From a virus (lineage: Duplodnaviria; Caudoviricetes), in IMG/VR virus record IMGVR_UViG_3300022682_000066, positions 816 through 64,815 of that record: a stretch of DNA of 64,000 nucleotides. One strand, written 5' to 3'. The notes below the pieces were generated by a model. It did not search any database. It was not told the origin of the DNA and saw only the letters and a list, made by a program, of their open reading frames with translations. Below, piece by piece: positions 57,436-64,000 of the stretch (position 1 is the stretch's first letter; every line of letters begins with the position of its first letter). Made by a program: the position numbers and the translations under genes.

Positions 57436-58308
57436 TTAGGTGTTGGCCTTCTTGCCCAGGTTGTAGTAGATGGTGGCGCGCTTCTTCATGTAGGCTTCGT
57501 CTTCGACCCCGCGCTCCTTGTAGAGCTTGATGAAGTGGGCGATGACCTGCTTCTTGGATTTGCCGTCCTTGACCATCTTGACGGCCATCTGCTCGAAGGA
57601 TTCGCCCTTCTTGCCCCCGCCCCGGGCGGACTTGCCGGTACGCTTGGTGCCGGTGCTTTTCTTGACCTCGGGCTTGCCGACGATCTTCTGCATCTTGGCC
57701 TTGAGGTCCTTGGTGCCCTGCAGGCCCTTGAACTTGCTCAGGCCCTTGCGGAGACCCTTGAACTCGTCGTAGTCCTCGACGATAGCCTTGAGGTCGTCCA
57801 GCTTGCGGGTCGAGGCCACGTAGGCGGACAGATCGAGGTCGTCGTCCTCGTCGTCATCGTCGCCGCCGGCGCCGTCGTCGTCTTCGTCCTCGTCGGCGGC
57901 TTCGTCGTCGTCGGCGTCTTCGTCGTCTTCGTCGTCTTCGTCGTCCTCCTCGTCGTCGTCTTCGTCGTCGGCGTCTTCGTCGTCCTCGTCGTCGGGAGCC
58001 TCGGGCGCCTCGTCGTCGGGATCGTCGTCGCCGTCAGCTTCCGCCAGGTTGGCTTCGGGGTCGCAGCCCAGGGCGAGCAGCGTGGCCCAGGCTTCTTCGG
58101 AAAGGGCTTCCTCGTCGCTCGGGACGATCGCATGGAAGACTTCCTTGATTCCCTTGGCCAGTGTCTTGCTCTTGAGGTTCAGAGGGGGCTCGATGTCGAT
58201 GATCTCGTTGAGCTCCTTGCCGAGTGCGACCAACTCCTTGAGGGTGGGCTTCTTCGAACCGGAGCTCTTTTTCGGAGCCGCTTTCTTGGTCTGGGTCTTC
58301 TTCGCCAT
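57436..58308 (-). CDS. basic-acidic-basic low-complexity protein
   Basis: Lys-rich ends, ~55-residue D/E tract, strong codon bias, own promoter motif and terminator. Confidence 0.8.
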   Translation of the reverse strand: MAKKTQTKKAAPKKSSGSKKPTLKELVALGKELNEIIDIEPPLNLKSKTLAKGIKEVFHAIVPSDEEALSEEAWATLLALGCDPEANLAEADGDDDPDDEAPEAPDDEDDEDADDEDDDEEDDEDDEDDEDADDDEAADEDEDDDGAGGDDDDEDDDLDLSAYVASTRKLDDLKAIVEDYDEFKGLRKGLSKFKGLQGTKDLKAKMQKIVGKPEVKKSTGTKRTGKSARGGGKKGESFEQMAVKMVKDGKSKKQVIAHFIKLYKERGVEDEAYMKKRATIYYNLGKKANT

Positions 58309-58366
58309 TGCCGTTCTCCTTGTTTTTTGGGCATTTGCCCTCGTTAAAAGAATCTACTCGTGTATC

Positions 58367-58394
58367 ATTATACGAGCAAAGGTCCCTTTTTCTT
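58367..58394 (-). promoter_or_regulatory. putative phage promoter, AAGAAA-N14-CGTATAAT
   Basis: copy of the four-fold conserved motif. Confidence 0.7.
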
Positions 58395-58403
58395 TTTAAT
58401 TAT

Positions 58404-59132
58404 TCACGCCACCCCGAGGATTTTGTGAATTTGCACATTGAGCACAAGATTGAGCCCTTCCAGTTCCTCCCACTGCCGAAGCAAAGTCTGAGGGATATAC
58501 CCTGTTTTGATTGCTTCCGTTTGACTGATTGCCCACCCGCAGCGAACTGAGTCGAAGGGGTACCGTTCCCGCATATCACTTATGAACTTCAGGGCGTGAA
58601 GGACATCGCTGTATTCGTGACACACCAACTTGACCCAGGAACCCAGGGGCAGATCAGGAAGAATGCGACCTACGAGTGACTCGTTAGTCGAGCCGGGAAG
58701 GCCTTCGCCGCTTCCCGGTAATTTGTGATCTACAACCCAGGTCACTTTGCTCCCGATACCCCATTTGCCGTGTGGAGGCTCAACGGTACCGTTGGTTTCG
58801 ATAATCACAGGACGATGCTGTTTGTCGGAAAGGTGAAAAACCACATCCCGCAATTCGTCCCAATTTTGCAGCAACGGTTCACCACCAGTGATGAGAATTG
58901 GTGTAGGATGCGCGAGCGGAAACGGTGCTGGGACTGATAATGCCGCTACTCGCTCGAGTATTTCGGCCACACCCATTTCCTTCCCCTGGTGGTTTCCAAG
59001 AGCCTCAATAGCGTCACAATAGTGACATCGCAGGTTGCACCCTTGGAAGCGGATGATGATGATTGGTTCGCCTTGCAGCACACCGCCGCCGACTTCTCCG
59101 CTGAAACTTCTGGAGATGTTATGAACCCGCAT
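58404..59132 (-). CDS. queE: 7-carboxy-7-deazaguanine synthase
   Basis: IRFQGCNLRCHYCD, ITGGEPLLQ, IETNG, QIHK. Confidence 0.9.
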   Translation of the reverse strand: MRVHNISRSFSGEVGGGVLQGEPIIIIRFQGCNLRCHYCDAIEALGNHQGKEMGVAEILERVAALSVPAPFPLAHPTPILITGGEPLLQNWDELRDVVFHLSDKQHRPVIIETNGTVEPPHGKWGIGSKVTWVVDHKLPGSGEGLPGSTNESLVGRILPDLPLGSWVKLVCHEYSDVLHALKFISDMRERYPFDSVRCGWAISQTEAIKTGYIPQTLLRQWEELEGLNLVLNVQIHKILGVA

Positions 59133-59135
59133 AAA

Positions 59136-59516
59136 TTACCCCCGTTTGTACTCGACCCAGGAGGTCGGGGTTTCGGTGATGCGGATGCGGACCACCGCGT
59201 TGTGTAGCCGCTCGTCCAACGTGTTGTGCATCCAGCGGACGAGATTTTCGCAGGTAGGCGGTTGAAATTGGTCCGGGAGGATGTCGTTGAGATGCTGGTG
59301 ATCAATAAGCTCAACGACTTCATTCACCACGGCTTTTATTTCCGAGAAATCCATGATCATTCCCGGGTAACATTGGTGAATTTTGTCCTTGGACACGGGA
59401 TGTTCGACTTCAACTTCCATTCGGGCGTTGTGCCCGTGCAGGCGACGGCACTTGCCTTTGTAGTCGGGCAAAGAGTGCGAGTAACAGAAATCGAAAACCT
59501 TGGTTGCAGTGAGCAT
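59136..59516 (-). CDS. queD: 6-carboxy-5,6,7,8-tetrahydropterin synthase
   Basis: H.L..Y.GKCRRLHGH, MDF, DHQHLN, PTCEN, ETP. Confidence 0.93.
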   Translation of the reverse strand: MLTATKVFDFCYSHSLPDYKGKCRRLHGHNARMEVEVEHPVSKDKIHQCYPGMIMDFSEIKAVVNEVVELIDHQHLNDILPDQFQPPTCENLVRWMHNTLDERLHNAVVRIRITETPTSWVEYKRG

Positions 59517-59533
59517 AATAGACCTCCTGCCCC

Positions 59534-59561
59534 ATTATACGGGGCATCTGTTGGTTTTCTA
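59534..59561 (-). promoter_or_regulatory. putative phage promoter, TAGAAA-N14-CGTATAAT
   Basis: copy of the four-fold conserved motif, directly upstream of the queD RBS. Confidence 0.72.
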
Positions 59562-61103
59562 GAAGCTTGTTATGATTGGTCGTCCTGTTTTTATGCTCTG
59601 TAGGACGGTTACAAAGTTGGTGGAATTTTGGTCATCTTCGCGCACCACAATAGCATTGACGCGCATTAAGCAGCGTTTCTTTTCTTGCGGTGTTTGATTG
59701 AGCCCGTACATTGCAGTCACATGACCTAGCTTTCGCTTGTCCTCGCTGAAGTTCCGCATGGAGAGCATCCATCGATCGTAGCTATCAGCATCTGCTTGAG
59801 TTGGTGCAATAACCAGTGCATTTCGAACCTGGGATAGATTTCGCAACGCCATCCAACGATCGTTTTCTTCTTCCCTTTTCTTACTGCGGGTGGTTTCCGG
59901 CGCAAGGATATCCGCATAGTCTATCAGGATGACTTGCGGGACAAAGCCTTCTTCGGCTTCTAACCGCCTGCAAATAGCCTCGATGTCTTTGACCCTTACC
60001 GACCCCGTCGGATGGCAAGACAGGCGTAATTCTCCGCCAAGAGCGCGTTGGAATCTGGTGTTTAGGTCGATTGCCTCGTTAGCCGTGAGTGGTTCAATAA
60101 AAGCCCGCTCCCACCAGGAGATGCCCTCAAACTCGTGTGGGTGTCGTTGGCGGCAGTAAGTGCAGGGGTTGTAATGCTTCTCAGCTTCTTCAAAAGGCAT
60201 GTAGACTGGTTCATCACGATCGCCGTCTTCTACAATCTCGATTTCCCCTCGGCGTTGCGTTCGGGAACACTCGCCGGTCTGGTTCTTCCAGCAGTCCAGC
60301 ACGGGCACTAGCTGTTCACCGCAGAATTTCTCCCGATTGCTTCTTCCAGCAAAAGAGACGCTGAACCGTAAGGTTTGTTGAGGCTGGCTGAGATCGCCTG
60401 CTTGAACGAATAAGACCTTGCGCCTTGCTCTCAAAGCACGTTTGGCGTGCTCAATGAGCATCCATGTCTTACCGATTTTCTCTCTTCCGAGGAAGGAAAC
60501 AAACGAATCTCGGGTTAATTGGTCGTTCATAAAGTGCCCTAAGGCACCAGGTAGTTCGTAGAGTGGCTTTGGTTGGTTTTGAAACCCTTCCCGAATTGCT
60601 TGTTCGTCGGTTAATGGGTTGATCGGTCGTCCCGTGGCAGCGGTTACCTGCTTGAATTCTGTCCGAAGGGTTTCTGCTTCGTTGAGGTCGCCGTCTTCAA
60701 CAGCAATTTGAATTCGTTCGGATAGCAGTCGCAAATTGGTTAACTGGAGACGTTCCGACATCTGCTTCTGCAGGTAGCTGGCGTTGATCCCTTCCCCAGC
60801 GTTTTCAAATTCTTGACTCAACCCTGCAAGAAAATCGCCGAGGTCATCCGCAAGTTCTGGCGGCAGGGCGTCATATTGCGTTGCGTAGATGTCTTGAATC
60901 GCTTTGCCTGGTGCTGCTTGATGTTCTTCGTAGTAGTCCACACACCAACGAAGAACCCGCTGCAAGAACTCCCCTTCTACGAGCTCCTCAGAAAAAGACG
61001 GAACGAGTCCCGATAGAAACTCGTTACTCACAATCGCGGCAGTAGCTACCCGGCGATCAAACATACCATCGTAGGTCCTGACTTTGAGATTGCGCTTCGC
61101 CAT
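59559..61103 (-). CDS. DnaB-like replicative helicase
   Basis: GREKIGKT, VILIDYADIL, PTQA, SEDKRK. Confidence 0.85.
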   Translation of the reverse strand: MAKRNLKVRTYDGMFDRRVATAAIVSNEFLSGLVPSFSEELVEGEFLQRVLRWCVDYYEEHQAAPGKAIQDIYATQYDALPPELADDLGDFLAGLSQEFENAGEGINASYLQKQMSERLQLTNLRLLSERIQIAVEDGDLNEAETLRTEFKQVTAATGRPINPLTDEQAIREGFQNQPKPLYELPGALGHFMNDQLTRDSFVSFLGREKIGKTWMLIEHAKRALRARRKVLFVQAGDLSQPQQTLRFSVSFAGRSNREKFCGEQLVPVLDCWKNQTGECSRTQRRGEIEIVEDGDRDEPVYMPFEEAEKHYNPCTYCRQRHPHEFEGISWWERAFIEPLTANEAIDLNTRFQRALGGELRLSCHPTGSVRVKDIEAICRRLEAEEGFVPQVILIDYADILAPETTRSKKREEENDRWMALRNLSQVRNALVIAPTQADADSYDRWMLSMRNFSEDKRKLGHVTAMYGLNQTPQEKKRCLMRVNAIVVREDDQNSTNFVTVLQSIKTGRPIITSF

Positions 61104-61634
61104 TTAGGTATCCTCAGGCTTGAGTAGGACAGGCGTACACATCTGCCCTACTCGGCGGGCTAGCCGTTGTCCTGTGACATTTTGCAAGGCTTTGATTGCG
61201 TAATTGGTTGTGATGATTGTTTGACGTTGATCTCGGTATCTCCGGTCAATGATTAGGTCGAGTGTTTGAGTTGCCCACTCGGTGGTCTTGGTGTTCCCTA
61301 AATCATCCAACACGAGCAGCACCGTATTGGTATAACGATCGACGACATCCTTTTCTGTTGTCTCGGAATTAGGCGAATAGGACTGCCGGATCTCGAACAA
61401 AAGTTCGTTGACCGGTGTGAATAGACACGGTACGCTCAAATACCGTTCTTTGAACGTCATGAGTACCGCACAAGCAAGGTGGGTCTTCCCCACTCCGGGC
61501 GGGCCGTAGATGTAGAGTGAATCAGTTGGGCATACCTCCAAATCAAAATCTTCGAGGGAGGCGTCTACAAATTCAGCAGGTATGCCTGCTCGTTTGGCGA
61601 TTCGATACTTCTGCTCTTTATTCAGAAATGCCAT
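61104..61634 (-). CDS. DnaC/IstB-like helicase loader
   Basis: GPPGVGKTHLA, LVLDDLG, TIITTN. Confidence 0.9.
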   Translation of the reverse strand: MAFLNKEQKYRIAKRAGIPAEFVDASLEDFDLEVCPTDSLYIYGPPGVGKTHLACAVLMTFKERYLSVPCLFTPVNELLFEIRQSYSPNSETTEKDVVDRYTNTVLLVLDDLGNTKTTEWATQTLDLIIDRRYRDQRQTIITTNYAIKALQNVTGQRLARRVGQMCTPVLLKPEDT

Positions 61635-61637
61635 ATG

Positions 61638-62570
61638 CTAGACTCCTTTGGTGGCTGCCCGCCGACCACGTTTAACTGTGACCTTTCGTGTCTTGCGTTC
61701 GTAATCATCAAAGTAGTCGTCAGGAAGTGCTTCAGGATCACTATTCCGTTTCTTGGGGCGTACGGTGTCCCGGCCTTCCCACATGCCAAAGATAATTTCA
61801 AACGGAGTAGAATTGCCCTTGCTGGGACGTTTGCGGGAGAGGTAGTCGCCGGGACGAGTTCGCAACACTTCGGCCCAGCCGGGGAAATCAGAGTTGGGGT
61901 CGGGGGCTTGGTCAAGTATCCATTTCAGAGCAGCACGGACATCTGCTGGGGCATAGCCGTCTTCAAGAATTTGCTGGATAGCGATTGCACCCTTTTTGAT
62001 CTTTTGGGGTGCCTTTGGGTTGAGCTTCCCATAAAGCATTTGGCTCATGTTCATTGCAGAACCACATGGTTGGTTCCTATCTTCTTTCTTTTTAGTTTTA
62101 GTTAATTTAGTTTTATTATACAGTTGGCCCCTCCCGGCCGGACTAGTTCTCCCCATCCTGCCGGACTTGTCATCCCCATCCGGCCGGACTAGTTCTCCCC
62201 ATCCTGCCGGACTTGCTCTATGGCTCTTATGGTGGAGGTAAACCAGGATTTGTTCGTAATCGATTTTGAAGTGAATTCGAGCAGGTGTGCCTACTCGTTT
62301 GGTGAGGATCAGGTGAAGGTCTTTCAGTGTTTTGATTATCGTGCGTTGTGTTTTGTGTCCGATTCCCGTGTCTTTCAGCCGTGCTTGTTCCGTACGGTAA
62401 AACCAACCGTTGTGGTCGGTCAGATTTTCGTTGATGCTGATGAGGTATGAAAGAAAGAAAGCTGTTTCGGCCCCAAGTTTGCGAACCAATACCTTGTTGA
62501 CTGCCCAGTACCCGTCTGCGGATAGTGCTGCTCGACCGATTTCAGCGAGTGCTTGTTCTCTGCTCGACAT
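61638..62570 (-). CDS. replication initiator protein (lambda O-like architecture)
   Basis: N-terminal wHTH (GWFYRT...TG), internal iterons, upstream of DnaC/DnaB. Confidence 0.8.
   Translation of the reverse strand: MSSREQALAEIGRAALSADGYWAVNKVLVRKLGAETAFFLSYLISINENLTDHNGWFYRTEQARLKDTGIGHKTQRTIIKTLKDLHLILTKRVGTPARIHFKIDYEQILVYLHHKSHRASPAGWGELVRPDGDDKSGRMGRTSPAGRGQLYNKTKLTKTKKKEDRNQPCGSAMNMSQMLYGKLNPKAPQKIKKGAIAIQQILEDGYAPADVRAALKWILDQAPDPNSDFPGWAEVLRTRPGDYLSRKRPSKGNSTPFEIIFGMWEGRDTVRPKKRNSDPEALPDDYFDDYERKTRKVTVKRGRRAATKGV
62128..62219. repeat. four tandem 23-bp iterons (probable origin)
   Basis: units at 62128, 62151, 62174, 62197 (CCCCATCC.GCCGGACT.GT..T), next to an A/T-rich tract at ~62080-62120. 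Confidence 0.85.
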
Positions 62571-62809
62571 AGGACCCCCTACTCAAAAGAATCCCGCTTC
62601 ACGTGGAGCCTCGATGGCCGCCTGGGGAGTCGAGCAGGGCGACCTTCGGGGCCAACCGAGGCCGGAAAACGGCCATCGGAGGCTCCGCGAAAAACGGGAT
62701 TGATTGAAATGCGACTCCCCTTCATCAAAGAGCGAACCTGGGTGGCTAACCCAGCAAAGACAAAGTGTACGCATATTTTGTAGGTGTTGTAAAGCATTTT
62801 CTTCCTACG

Positions 62810-63745
62810 TTATTTTATTAGGTTCCGGATGAATTTGCGGTCCCGTTTAGACTGCTCCTCGATGTCCCCGTGCGAGAGGATCACCTCTTGAACGGTTAGT
62901 CCTCTTTGGGCGAGCTCTGCACAAATCTTCCAACTAGCTATGCGGGCTTGCTGCTCCCCACCGTCAAAGACAATAGACGCTCCTTTGAAATGTTTCGCAA
63001 TGAGAGTGATCTGGGGCATACGGAAACCGATCCCAAAAAGGCTCATGGCTCCCGGCCCTAAGGGGAAGACGTCAAAAAAGCCTTCAACGAAGACGCCGTG
63101 TTCAACCCCGGCCGCAATCGCTTGGTCGAAGCCGCCAACGATGTCTTTGTGGTGAACGCTTTCTTGTTTTGCTTCACAGGCTTTGTATTTGATTTCAGAT
63201 TTGCCGGTGTAGTCTCGCCCTTGGTAGCTTACAAGAACGCCTTGATACGTTATGGGGACAAGGACCCTGTGTTTGTACTTACCGAGGTGCCCGCAGGCGC
63301 AGACACCCCATTTTTCAGCGAGTCGTGCAGGCTTGTATCCGCGGTCCCGGAGGTACTTTACTGCACCGGGCACTTCTACAAGCGGGCGCCACCCGGCGGG
63401 GAGGTCTATCGGAGTCGGGGTTCGTGGTAGGGCAATCCGTTCTCCCTTAGAGTAGTTCATTCGGCGAAGGCGCCCTTTGTATCTCCGAAAGACTTGCCGG
63501 GCTTGTTTCTTATTCACACCGAGAAGCTTCTGCACAACGTCAAGAGGACCCTTTCCCTTGCAGCGCCAGCAGACGAAAGCCCCAGCTAACCGATCCTCCG
63601 GGTTGATGCAGAACCCTAAATGGTAGCCCGGATTGCCGGTACAGAAAGGGCACTCGATCTGCACCCACCCCGTGCGGCAATGTTTGTGTCCGGTTTCTAC
63701 GTATTCGATTCCGTGGTCTTGGTAGAAGCGAAGAGCGTCGAACAT
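62810..63745 (-). CDS. DNA primase (Zn-finger + Toprim)
   Basis: CPFC...H...CWRC, YL..RG, YQGR, VEGFFD, FDG. Confidence 0.85.
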   Translation of the reverse strand: MFDALRFYQDHGIEYVETGHKHCRTGWVQIECPFCTGNPGYHLGFCINPEDRLAGAFVCWRCKGKGPLDVVQKLLGVNKKQARQVFRRYKGRLRRMNYSKGERIALPRTPTPIDLPAGWRPLVEVPGAVKYLRDRGYKPARLAEKWGVCACGHLGKYKHRVLVPITYQGVLVSYQGRDYTGKSEIKYKACEAKQESVHHKDIVGGFDQAIAAGVEHGVFVEGFFDVFPLGPGAMSLFGIGFRMPQITLIAKHFKGASIVFDGGEQQARIASWKICAELAQRGLTVQEVILSHGDIEEQSKRDRKFIRNLIK

Positions 63746-63747
63746 TT

Positions 63748-63978
63748 TTAGCGGCCCAGCTTACCGCCCGCACGGGCCTGGGCGAATGCACCAGGGATCC
63801 GAGGGTGGGCGCTTTGTGTGAACTGTTTGAATGGGGGCTCTTCTCCGATCGGGTATACCGGTATCGGGGTACATCCCCATTCAAGCAGAGTGCCGTTGGG
63901 GACGAGCCACGGCTTGCATAGTTTGATATCAGGGCTCCAATAAACGGGGTCTTCTTTTTCTTTGCCCCAGAGGAACAT
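63748..63978 (-). CDS. hypothetical protein
   Basis: 76-aa ORF in operon orientation; its start may lie further upstream. Confidence 0.45.
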   Translation of the reverse strand: MFLWGKEKEDPVYWSPDIKLCKPWLVPNGTLLEWGCTPIPVYPIGEEPPFKQFTQSAHPRIPGAFAQARAGGKLGR

Positions 63979-64000
63979 CTTTTCTTTTGGTGTTAATCGA

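Noticed and set aside
62128-62219. 23-bp repeats as a mini-CRISPR
   Set aside because: Head-to-tail with no spacers, inside the initiator gene; fits iterons

Overview
This window holds most of a tailed dsDNA phage genome (siphovirus-type) in two arms. The + strand (6.6-39.0 kb) is the morphogenesis and lysis arm: terminase, portal, MuF, scaffold/protease, capsid, neck, tail tube, chaperones, tape measure, a GTA-type DUF2460/DUF2163/NlpC/central-tail tip, accessory tail proteins and a lysis region. The - strand (1-6.1 kb and 39.1-64 kb) carries ThyX, an SNF2 helicase, a sigma factor, a split SbcCD, RuvC, RecA, SSB, clamp loader, a split PolA, a sliding clamp, a 7-deazaguanine DNA-modification cluster, DnaB/DnaC, an iteron-bearing initiator and a primase. 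The main candidate new system is a virion glycosylation/sulfation module. Two sulfotransferase-like and three glycosyltransferase-like genes sit inside the structural operon, and at least seven virion proteins carry Ser/Thr tracts, five of them as C-terminal tails. Other highlights: a four-copy promoter-like motif (WAGAAA-N14-CGTATAAY), a MuF-ADP-ribosyltransferase fusion, a PBP-type peptidase tail protein, a standalone PAS protein in the lysis region, and a long hairpin/pseudoknot upstream of the initiator. All family calls come from motif recognition by eye; no database searches were run. No integrase, tRNA or CRISPR array was recognised.
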